A program made the position numbers and the translations under genes. The notes beneath the pieces are model-generated. The model had not been told where the DNA came from and did no database searches. It saw nothing but the letters and a program-made list of their open reading frames with translations. Positions 29,094 to 37,183 of a DNA stretch of 37,183 bases are shown in pieces. Each line of letters begins with the position of its first letter. Within the stretch, counting starts at the first letter, position 1. The stretch is from the sequence record SRR22947727_857; one strand, given 5' to 3'.

Positions 29094-30188
29094 ATGACAC
29101 AACCTCCTCTTTTGGTTCTCGCAGCCGGTGGGACCGGCGGGCATATGTTCCCGGCGCAGGCCGTGGCTGAGGTCATGTTGGCGCGTGGCTGGCGGGTGGT
29201 TTTGTCCACCGATGCCCGCGGTGCGCGCTACACGGGCGGGTTTCCATCTGATGTTGTGATCGAGCAAGTCTCCAGCGCCACTTTTGCCAAGGGCGGGCTG
29301 ATGAGCAAAATCTTGGTTCCAATCCGTATTGCATTGGGCATCACCACCGCACGGCGCAAAATGCGCCGGGATCGGCCAAATGTTGTGGTGGGCTTTGGCG
29401 GTTATCCGGCGATACCGGCGATGGGGGCTGCGACCTCGCTTGGTGTGCCTTGTATGTTGCATGAGCAAAACGGGGTTCTGGGGCGCGTCAATCAATTGTT
29501 TGCGCCGCGGGTCAATCAAATCGCCTGCGGCACATGGCCGACTGAATTGCCGCACGGGCTCACGGGTCACCATGTGGGCAATCCGGTGCGCGCGGAGATT
29601 TTGGCGCGCCATGCTGCGGGCTATATCGAGCCAGGCGATCATCCCATGAGCCTTTTGGTGATCGGGGGGTCGCAGGGGGCGCGGATCTTATCGGATGTGG
29701 TGCCTGCGGCGATTGCGTTATTGCCAAAGAGCTTGCTCAACAACCTGCGGATTGCTCAACAGGCCCGCGAAGAGGATCGCGCGCGGGTGCAGGCGGCCTA
29801 TGACGATATGGGGCTACGCGCCGATGTCCGGTCTTTTTTCGACGACATCCCCGAGCGCATGAGTGAGGCGCAACTGGTGATTAGCCGCTCTGGTGCCTCC
29901 TCTGTGGCCGATATCTCCGTTATTGGCCGCCCGTCGATTTTTGTCCCACTGGCGGCAGCCATTCGTGATGAGCAAACCGCCAATGCTCGCGAGTTGGTCG
30001 CGGCGGGGGGCGCGCGGCTTCTGACCGAAGACGCCTTTACGCCCGAGGCTTTGGCCGCTGAAATTCAAGATATATTAACCAATGGCCCTCAAGCCCATTC
30101 CATGGCCGAGGCGGCGTTGCGCTGCGCCAAACCTGAAGCGGCAAACACCCTTGCGGATATGATCGAGGCCTTGGCCAGGGAGACGTGA
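29094..30188 (+). CDS. murG: lipid II GlcNAc transferase
   Basis: [45 protein letters not shown]. Confidence 0.97.
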   Translation: MTQPPLLVLAAGGTGGHMFPAQAVAEVMLARGWRVVLSTDARGARYTGGFPSDVVIEQVSSATFAKGGLMSKILVPIRIALGITTARRKMRRDRPNVVVGFGGYPAIPAMGAATSLGVPCMLHEQNGVLGRVNQLFAPRVNQIACGTWPTELPHGLTGHHVGNPVRAEILARHAAGYIEPGDHPMSLLVIGGSQGARILSDVVPAAIALLPKSLLNNLRIAQQAREEDRARVQAAYDDMGLRADVRSFFDDIPERMSEAQLVISRSGASSVADISVIGRPSIFVPLAAAIRDEQTANARELVAAGGARLLTEDAFTPEALAAEIQDILTNGPQAHSMAEAALRCAKPEAANTLADMIEALARET

Positions 30189-31579
30189 TGAATAAAGTAA
30201 CCAAACTGCCCGGCGACATTGGCGCGATTCATTTTGTGGGGATCGGCGGCATTGGCATGTCCGGCATTGCCGAGGTTCTTTTGGATCAGGGATATCGGGT
30301 GCAGGGATCTGACTTGAAAGCCTCAAAGATCACCCGGCGGCTTGAGCGTTTGGGCGCCACCGTGTTTTTGGGGCAGAGGGCTGAGAACTTGGCCGGTGCT
30401 GAGGTGATTGTTGTCTCCACAGCCATCAAACCGGGCAATCCTGAACTGGATGAGGCGCGCAAGGCCGGCTTGCCGGTGGTGCGGCGTGCAGAAATGCTGG
30501 CGGAATTGATGCGGCTCAAGTCGAATGTGGCTGTCGCAGGCACCCATGGCAAGACAACCACCACGACGATGGTCTCAACCTTGCTGCATGCGGGTGGGTT
30601 TGATCCGACGGTGGTGAATGGCGGCGTCATTCATGCGTTTGAATCCAATGCCCGCACGGGCCAGGGAGAATGGATGGTCGTTGAGGCAGATGAAAGTGAC
30701 GGGACATTCAATCGCCTGCCCGCGACCATTGCCGTGGTCACCAATATTGATCCTGAGCATATGGAGCATTGGGGCAGTTTCGACAATCTGCGCCAGGGCT
30801 TCTTCGAATTTGTGCATAATATCCCATTTTATGGTTTGGTTGTCTGCAACACTGATCACGCCGAAGTGCAGGCTTTGGTCGGTCGCATTACCGATCGCCG
30901 GGTCATGACCTATGGGTTCAACGCCCAAGCGGATGTGCGGGCTGTCAATCTCGCCTATGAAAAGGGTGCGGCGTTTTTTGATGTGGCGCTGCGCGATGGC
31001 CGGGTGATTGCCGATTGCACCCTGCCAATGCCGGGCGATCACAATGTCTCGAATGCTCTGGCGGCGGTGGCCGTGGCGCTGCATTTGGGTATGAGCGCGG
31101 AGACGATCCGCGATGGCCTGCGCAGTTTCAAGGGCGTTAATCGCCGCTTCACGCGGGTGGCAGAAATTGACGGGGTTACGCTTATCGATGACTATGCTCA
31201 TCACCCTGTGGAAATTGCCGCCGCTCTCAAAGCGGCACGCCAATCACATGCGGGCCGGATCATGGCCGTGCATCAACCGCATCGCTACTCGCGTCTCAGT
31301 GATCTGTTCGAAGAATTTTGCACCTGTTTTAATGATGCAGATGTGGTTGGGATCACGGATATTTTCGCCGCAGGCGAGGCGCCCATTGAGGGGGCGGACC
31401 GTGACAGCCTTGTCGCTGGATTGACCAATCACGGGCATCGCAACGCGGTTGCGGTTGCCGATGAAGCAGCGCTTGGCGCGTTTCTTGCCGAGCAATGCAG
31501 ACCGGGTGATATGTTAATCTGCCTTGGGGCGGGCTCGATCTCTGCTTGGGCGCATGGGCTGGCAGGTGAGGTTGAATAA
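30188..31579 (+). CDS. murC: UDP-MurNAc:L-Ala ligase
   Basis: [46 protein letters not shown]; alternative GTG start at 30185. Confidence 0.97.
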   Translation: MNKVTKLPGDIGAIHFVGIGGIGMSGIAEVLLDQGYRVQGSDLKASKITRRLERLGATVFLGQRAENLAGAEVIVVSTAIKPGNPELDEARKAGLPVVRRAEMLAELMRLKSNVAVAGTHGKTTTTTMVSTLLHAGGFDPTVVNGGVIHAFESNARTGQGEWMVVEADESDGTFNRLPATIAVVTNIDPEHMEHWGSFDNLRQGFFEFVHNIPFYGLVVCNTDHAEVQALVGRITDRRVMTYGFNAQADVRAVNLAYEKGAAFFDVALRDGRVIADCTLPMPGDHNVSNALAAVAVALHLGMSAETIRDGLRSFKGVNRRFTRVAEIDGVTLIDDYAHHPVEIAAALKAARQSHAGRIMAVHQPHRYSRLSDLFEEFCTCFNDADVVGITDIFAAGEAPIEGADRDSLVAGLTNHGHRNAVAVADEAALGAFLAEQCRPGDMLICLGAGSISAWAHGLAGEVE

Positions 31580-31582
31580 GCG

Positions 31583-32461
31583 CTAGGCGGAACCCTTGCT
31601 GGGGCGGGTTGCCAGATAGACCCCGCCACCTGACACGAGAAGACCAACCCAAGCGAAAAGAGGCATTGGCTCGTCCAGGGTCAGCCAAGCGATCAAAGCG
31701 GCCAGCGGCGGGACCAGGAACAGCAGGGTCGAAACCCGAGAGACTTGCCCGGCGCGGATCATAGCCAGCAAAAGACCAACCGCCACCACAGAATTTCCAA
31801 TGACCAAATAGGCCAGCGCCCAATAGAATGATGGCGTCCAATTTACCGCGGCAATTTCGGCCCAGTTCAGAAAGGGCAAAAGCCCCAGGAGCCCGGCGCT
31901 ATAGCCAATCAAATTGGCGCTCACCGGGTGATGCGACAAGCCAAAGCGTTTTTCCCAAAGGGTCGCGAGGGTTATGCCGGCTAAGGCCAATGCGGCAAAA
32001 CCAAAGCCGGCCAGCGGCGGCGGCCCAATCTCCAGACGCGCGACGATGACCGTGAGGGTGCCGATCATGGCAATCGCAAGGCCAAACCATTGCAGCCAGC
32101 TGACCGCTTCGCCGGTCCAGCGCGGCGCCAAAAGGGCAACCAAAATGGGCTGCAAGGAGAAGATGAGCGCCGCGGTGCCAGCGGCCACGCCATTGACAAA
32201 GGAAAAATACGCCATGCCGAAATAGACGGTTTGCATCAAGACCCCCACAAACCCAAGATGAAGGTAACCGCTGAGGGTTTTGGGCAGCGGTGGGCGCAAG
32301 ATCGCAAATAAGGCCGCCATTATGGCAATAACGGCCGCAAATCGCAAAGCCAGCAAAGCCATGGGGGCGGCATCGACAAGGGCCACTTTGGCCACGACAT
32401 ACCCTGCCGACCAAAGCAGCAGGAACAAAAGCGGCGTGATGGCCAACCAAAGACGTTGCAT
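31583..32461 (-). CDS. DMT/EamA family transporter
   Basis: About 10 hydrophobic helices in two EamA repeats (LW S..P..L.A.RF; LQPILVALLA; LVPPLAALIAWL.LDE). Confidence 0.9.
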   Translation of the reverse strand: MQRLWLAITPLLFLLLWSAGYVVAKVALVDAAPMALLALRFAAVIAIMAALFAILRPPLPKTLSGYLHLGFVGVLMQTVYFGMAYFSFVNGVAAGTAALIFSLQPILVALLAPRWTGEAVSWLQWFGLAIAMIGTLTVIVARLEIGPPPLAGFGFAALALAGITLATLWEKRFGLSHHPVSANLIGYSAGLLGLLPFLNWAEIAAVNWTPSFYWALAYLVIGNSVVAVGLLLAMIRAGQVSRVSTLLFLVPPLAALIAWLTLDEPMPLFAWVGLLVSGGGVYLATRPSKGSA

Positions 32462-32591
32462 GCGGTCTCCTCAGATCGATGGGCCTAGGATGGATCATTT
32501 TGGGGGACAGATGTACAGTGTGATTTGACCTAACGGCTTTGACTTGGCGGCCATGATCCGGTCTAAGCAAAGAGACTTAACTAAGGCGCAG

Positions 32592-33521
32592 ATGATGACT
32601 CTTCCAACTCCCCGCGGGCGCTTGACGCTGAACCGCTCTTTGGCGGATCTCACATGGCTGCGTGTGGGGGGGGCCGCGGATGCGGTGTTCCAACCGGCTG
32701 ATCGGCAGGATTTGGCCGAATTTTTGGCGCAACTGCCACAAGAAAATGCGATTTTTCCAATGGGCGTTGGGTCGAACCTGATCGTACGGGATGGCGGGTT
32801 GCGGGCGGTGGTGATCCGTCTGGGGCGCGGTTTCAACGCGATTGAAATGGACGGTGATAGGATCCATTGCGGTGCGGCGGCCTTGGACAGCCATGTTGCG
32901 CGCAAAGCGGCGGAGGCCGGTCTTGATCTGACGTTTCTGCGCACGATCCCTGGCACTCTGGGCGGCGCGCTCAAGATGAACGCCGGCTGTTATGGGTCAT
33001 ATATCGCTGATGCTTTTGTCGGCGCAAGTGGCTATGATCGAGCCGGCCGCGCGGTATCCTATGACGCGAAAACCCTTGGTTTTTCTTACCGTAGCAGTGA
33101 TTTGCCGCAAGATGTGGTCATCACCGATATCACCTTGCGGGCTTTGGGCCGGGACGAGCCGGAGCGGCTGCATCAAAAGATGGCGGCGCAACTGGCCAAG
33201 CGTGATGAGACACAGCCCACCAAGGACCGTACCGCGGGCAGCACCTTTCGCAATCCGGCCGGATTCAGTTCGACAGGTCAGGCCGATGATATCCATGACC
33301 TTAAGGCTTGGAGCTTGATTGACGCGGCCGGATGCCGAGGGCTTGAGCTGGGCGGGGCGCAAATGTCACCGAAACATCCCAACTTCTTAATTAACACGGG
33401 CAGGGCCACGGCAAAAGATCTTGAAGCATTGGGGGAATTGGTGCGAAAAAAGGTTTACGATAAGAGTGGTTTGACGTTAGAGTGGGAAGTAATGAGGGTC
33501 GGAGAGCCCAAGGACGATTAA
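32592..33521 (+). CDS. murB: UDP-N-acetylenolpyruvoylglucosamine reductase
   Basis: [61 protein letters not shown]. Confidence 0.96.
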   Translation: MMTLPTPRGRLTLNRSLADLTWLRVGGAADAVFQPADRQDLAEFLAQLPQENAIFPMGVGSNLIVRDGGLRAVVIRLGRGFNAIEMDGDRIHCGAAALDSHVARKAAEAGLDLTFLRTIPGTLGGALKMNAGCYGSYIADAFVGASGYDRAGRAVSYDAKTLGFSYRSSDLPQDVVITDITLRALGRDEPERLHQKMAAQLAKRDETQPTKDRTAGSTFRNPAGFSSTGQADDIHDLKAWSLIDAAGCRGLELGGAQMSPKHPNFLINTGRATAKDLEALGELVRKKVYDKSGLTLEWEVMRVGEPKDD

Positions 33522-33586
33522 ACGCGATTCAAATCGCGGCAACAAAAGCCCCAAAGAGGGCGAAATATTGAGCGAGAACAGTGGGT

Positions 33587-34501
33587 ATGTCGAGCAGGAC
33601 TCCCAAGACTGTGGCCGTTTTGATGGGTGGGCTAGGCGCGGAGCGCGCGGTCTCCCTGTCGACAGGTCAAGAATGCGCCACCGCCTTGCGGCAGGTGGGC
33701 TATCGGGTTGTTGAGATTGATGCGGGCGCCGATCTCGTTGCCGATTTGCAGCGGGTGCAGCCCGATGTGGTCTTCAACGCGCTGCATGGTCGATGGGGCG
33801 AGGATGGCTGTGTGCAGGGTGTGCTGGAATGGATGCAAATTCCATACACGCATTCAGGTGTGCTCAGCTCAGCGCTGGCAATGGATAAAGAGAAAACCAA
33901 AGAGGTCTTCCGCGCCGAAGGCCTGCCGGTCGTCGAGAGCTTGTTGATTGCGCGCGCAGATCTGGGCAAGACGCATCCGATGGCACTGCCTTATGTGATT
34001 AAACCTAACAATGAAGGATCCTCCGTTGGGGTCTATTTGGTCGAAGAGAGCGCGCTTTCCCCGCCGCCCCTGTCGGATGATATGCCCGATGTGGTCATGG
34101 TGGAAGCCTTCGCGCCGGGCCGTGAGCTGACCACAACCGTATTGGGCGCGCGGGCTCTGACGGTCACGGATATTTTGACCGATCGCTGGTATGACTATGA
34201 TGCGAAATATGTCGAAGGCGGGTCTCAGCACATCGTGCCGGCCAATTTACCTCAGGATATTTTCTCGGCATGTTTGGACTATGCGCTGAAAGCGCATGAG
34301 GTTTTGGGTTGCCGCGGAATCTCGCGCACAGATTTTCGTTGGGACGAGGGCCGCGGGTTGGATGGTTTGATCCTGCTGGAAACCAACACCCAGCCCGGTA
34401 TGACACCAACGTCGCTCTCGCCAGAACAGGCTGAAGCAATGGGTATTTCTTTTCCCGATTTGTGCAAATTTTTGGTGGAGGATGCCTCATGCAACCGTTA
34501 A
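33587..34501 (+). CDS. ddl: D-alanine--D-alanine ligase
   Basis: MGG..AER.VSL, FNALHGRWGEDG, KPNNEGSSVG, YDYDAKY, ETNTQPGMT. Confidence 0.96.
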   Translation: MSSRTPKTVAVLMGGLGAERAVSLSTGQECATALRQVGYRVVEIDAGADLVADLQRVQPDVVFNALHGRWGEDGCVQGVLEWMQIPYTHSGVLSSALAMDKEKTKEVFRAEGLPVVESLLIARADLGKTHPMALPYVIKPNNEGSSVGVYLVEESALSPPPLSDDMPDVVMVEAFAPGRELTTTVLGARALTVTDILTDRWYDYDAKYVEGGSQHIVPANLPQDIFSACLDYALKAHEVLGCRGISRTDFRWDEGRGLDGLILLETNTQPGMTPTSLSPEQAEAMGISFPDLCKFLVEDASCNR

Positions 34502-35409
34502 GTGCACCCCCTCGACTGATTGCGCCAAAACGTGGCGTGGACACCTATGTTGCGGTGGATCCGGCACCGTCGGTTCTGAGCTATCGGATGCAGCGCCTGT
34601 GGCTCACACCGATTTTTCGCGCCTTTGTGCGGGTGGGGCTGCCAGCCGTTTCAATTGTGGGTTTGGTTTGGATATTTTTGTCTCATGATGAAAATCGGGC
34701 CTATCTGCGCGGTTTGGTCCAAGAGGCACAGGTCAGCGTGCAAAACCAACCGGTGCACCAATTGCAAACCTTGACCATTGAGGGCGCATCGCCGCTCTTG
34801 GCGCAGGAAATTCGGGCGGAATTTGGCGATCTCTTTCCCATCAGTGCTTTTGAATTGGATCTTGAGGCCATGCGCCGCTGGATCATGGATATCGCCTCGG
34901 TGGAGCATGCCGCGGTGATTGCATCCCTCGGCGGTTTGCTTTCGGTGCAGGTCAGCGAAATTGCGCCAGAGTTCATTTGGCGCACAGTCGAGGGCCTGCA
35001 ACTGGTCTCGTCGCAGGGCGAGGTGTTGCGCCGGGTTGAGCGGCGCGCTGATTTTGCGCATCTGCCTTTAATTGCCGGAGAGGGGGCTTTGGAGGCCCTG
35101 CCGGAGGCACGGGCTTTGCTGCAGACCGCCGAGCCGGTCGTCGATAGATTGCGCGGTTTGGTGCGCATTGGTGAGCGGCGCTGGGATGTGGTGCTGCTTG
35201 ATGGGCAAACAATTGCCCTGCCAGAAGCCAATCCTGATCCTGTTTTGGCGCAAGTTCTCGTGCTGAGCGCGGCGCAGGATCTGTTTGAGCGCGATATCTT
35301 GATGATGGATTTTCGCAATCCACGCCGTCCTACTTTGCGTCTACGTCCGCAAGCTCTGGCGGGATTGAAGCAGGTTAAGGGCGTGACATTTTCGGAGTTT
35401 GCCAAATGA
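34489..35409 (+). CDS. ftsQ: cell division protein FtsQ
   Basis: DPAPS..YRMQRLWLTP, TM segment, POTRA-like region, RIGERRWD, DFRNP.R; position between ddl and ftsA. Confidence 0.92.
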   Translation: MQPLSAPPRLIAPKRGVDTYVAVDPAPSVLSYRMQRLWLTPIFRAFVRVGLPAVSIVGLVWIFLSHDENRAYLRGLVQEAQVSVQNQPVHQLQTLTIEGASPLLAQEIRAEFGDLFPISAFELDLEAMRRWIMDIASVEHAAVIASLGGLLSVQVSEIAPEFIWRTVEGLQLVSSQGEVLRRVERRADFAHLPLIAGEGALEALPEARALLQTAEPVVDRLRGLVRIGERRWDVVLLDGQTIALPEANPDPVLAQVLVLSAAQDLFERDILMMDFRNPRRPTLRLRPQALAGLKQVKGVTFSEFAK

Positions 35410-36740
35410 ATGATCTTTACCAAGCCCAACGGGCCATGCGTGCTTTGCGCACCACCGCTATTCAACGCGGTGTGATCGCGGTGATGGATGTCGGCAGCTC
35501 AAAAGTGGCCTGTTTGATTTTACGGTTTGATGGGCCGAGTGAAATTTCATCCGGTGAGGTCATTGGCTCCATGGCCGGGCAATCGAGCTTTCGGGTGATT
35601 GGTGCGGCCACCACCAAATCGCGGGGCATGCGCTTTGGTGAAATTGAGTCGATGGCAGAGACCGAACGGGCGATCCGCACCGCGCTGCAAGCCGCTCAGA
35701 AAATGGCCCTGGTGCGGGTGGATCACGTGATTGGCTGTTTTTCCGGTGGGGCACCGCGCAGCTATGGGGTGTTTGGCGAGGTTTCGATCGAGGATGATGC
35801 GGTGCATTCGCAGGATATTGGTCGGGTGTTGGCCGCCTGCGATCTGCCAGATTTTGGCGAAAGCCGTGCCGTGATGCATGCGCAGCCGATTAATTTCACT
35901 CTGGATGACCGCGCTTGGATGGCCGATCCACGTGGCCATGTTGGGCAAAATCTGTCCGCTGATTTGCACATTTTGACCGTGGAGGAGCGTGCCATACAAA
36001 ACCTCAACCACTGCGTGAAGCGCTGTGATGTTGAGTTGGCCGGCGTGGCCTCTTCGGCCTATGTCTCGGCACATGCAGCTTTGGTTGAAGATGAGCAAGA
36101 GCTGGGTGCGGCCTGCATTGATATGGGCGGCGGCGCGACGGGTGTCTCTGTTTTCTTCAAAAAACACCTGATTTATGCCGACAGCGTGCGTATGGGCGGC
36201 GATCATGTCACCAGCGATATCTCCATGGGTCTGCAAATTCCAACCGCTTCGGCAGAGCGGCTCAAAACCCTGCACGGGGGCGCGATGGCCATGGAGGTGG
36301 ATGATCGTGAGATGATTGAAACGGGCGGCAACAGCGGCGATTGGGAACATGATCGCCGTCAAGTTAGCCGATCAGAACTGATCGGAATTATTCGCCCAAG
36401 GATTGAGGAAATTCTTGAAGATGTCCGTGACCGGCTTGATGCGGCTGGCTTTGATAACTTGCCGGGAAAACAAATCGTTTTGACCGGTGGGGCCAGTCAG
36501 ATCCCCGGGCTTGATGGTTTGGCGGCGCGTATATTGGGCCAACATGTGCGCCTTGGGCGCCCTATTCGGGTTCAGGGCCTGCCGCAAGCGGCCACTGGAC
36601 CGGCTTTTTCTGGTGTGGTGGGCTTGGCGCTCAATGCGGCACATCCGCAAGATGAATGGTGGGATTTCGAGGTGCCACAACCACAAATGGTAGGGCGCCC
36701 TTTGCGTCGCGCGCTGCGCTGGTTTCGGAATAATTGGTAA
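35406..36740 (+). CDS. ftsA: cell division protein FtsA
   Basis: MDVGSSKVAC, IDMGGG.T, GGDHVTSDI, VLTGGASQ; C-terminal amphipathic helix RRALRWFRNNW. Confidence 0.96.
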   Translation: MNDLYQAQRAMRALRTTAIQRGVIAVMDVGSSKVACLILRFDGPSEISSGEVIGSMAGQSSFRVIGAATTKSRGMRFGEIESMAETERAIRTALQAAQKMALVRVDHVIGCFSGGAPRSYGVFGEVSIEDDAVHSQDIGRVLAACDLPDFGESRAVMHAQPINFTLDDRAWMADPRGHVGQNLSADLHILTVEERAIQNLNHCVKRCDVELAGVASSAYVSAHAALVEDEQELGAACIDMGGGATGVSVFFKKHLIYADSVRMGGDHVTSDISMGLQIPTASAERLKTLHGGAMAMEVDDREMIETGGNSGDWEHDRRQVSRSELIGIIRPRIEEILEDVRDRLDAAGFDNLPGKQIVLTGGASQIPGLDGLAARILGQHVRLGRPIRVQGLPQAATGPAFSGVVGLALNAAHPQDEWWDFEVPQPQMVGRPLRRALRWFRNNW

Positions 36741-36905
36741 AAGTCCCTATGGCGTGTAGCAAAATTTAGCGTATTGCGGAGTTTTTAATGCTATATTTTG
36801 TAAAAATAGAGACTTTTTTCGTGACGCGAGTCAAAACTGGCGTTACAATCGTTAAAAATAGGTGTGTGCCGCAGAGCAGTGCGGACAAAGCAGGTGGATA
36901 AAATT

Positions 36906-37183
36906 ATGGCTCTAAACTTAACCATGCCCGAGCAAGACGACTTGAAACCCCGGATCACGGTCTTCGGTGTTGGCGGTGCAGGCGGTAATGCTGTCGACAA
37001 TATGATTGAAAAAGAGCTTGAGGGCGTTGAATTTGTGGTTGCAAATACCGACGCGCAAGCTTTGCAGCAATCGAAAGCGCCGGTGAAAATCCAAATGGGC
37101 CTGAAAGTCACCGAAGGTCTTGGCGCTGGGGCCAAAGCCACCATTGGGGCTGCGGCTGCTGAAGAAAGCATCGAACAAATCGT
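36906..37183 (+). CDS. ftsZ: cell division protein FtsZ (5' partial, runs off window)
   Basis: [34 protein letters not shown]...VANTDAQAL...GLGAGA. Confidence 0.97.
   Translation, partial: MALNLTMPEQDDLKPRITVFGVGGAGGNAVDNMIEKELEGVEFVVANTDAQALQQSKAPVKIQMGLKVTEGLGAGAKATIGAAAAEESIEQI

Noticed and set aside
16690..36905. CtrA boxes (TTAA-N7-TTAA) in dcw promoters
   Set aside because: Only half-sites seen (e.g. before murE and murB); no full match found by eye
1..37183. CRISPR arrays, IS elements, prophage or defence genes
   Set aside because: No repeat-spacer periodicity and no transposase, integrase or phage-like ORFs seen

Overview
Core-genome window from an alphaproteobacterium, most likely Rhodobacteraceae/Roseobacter group (inferred from gene order, sRNA loci and the GAAC-N7-GAAC LexA box). 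In order: 5' end of a probable tRNA-Tyr, rlmB, hisBHAFE (-), a candidate MmgR/StsR-like sRNA, tRNA-Gly(GCC), a metallophosphoesterase, pyc, an FMN alpha-hydroxy-acid dehydrogenase, uvrD, an FAD oxidoreductase, a LysE exporter, a DUF1127 small protein with a CcsR/cuckoo sRNA, mrp/apbC, and the dcw cluster (mraZ to partial ftsZ) preceded by an UpsM-like leader. The dcw cluster is interrupted by two antisense genes and a truncated GT32 glycosyltransferase remnant. I saw no mobile element, CRISPR array or defence system, and no clearly new protein system. The most interesting signals are non-coding: (i) a shared upstream motif ATTGCCGCTATG-N8-GCATG at identical spacing before two sRNA loci 11 kb apart; (ii) tandem NrdR-like boxes 32 bp apart plus 10-bp-phased MraZ-like boxes upstream of the dcw operon; (iii) StsR-like, CcaF1/CcsR-like and UpsM-like elements together in one window. 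Family assignments come from motif recognition by eye; no database searches were run.
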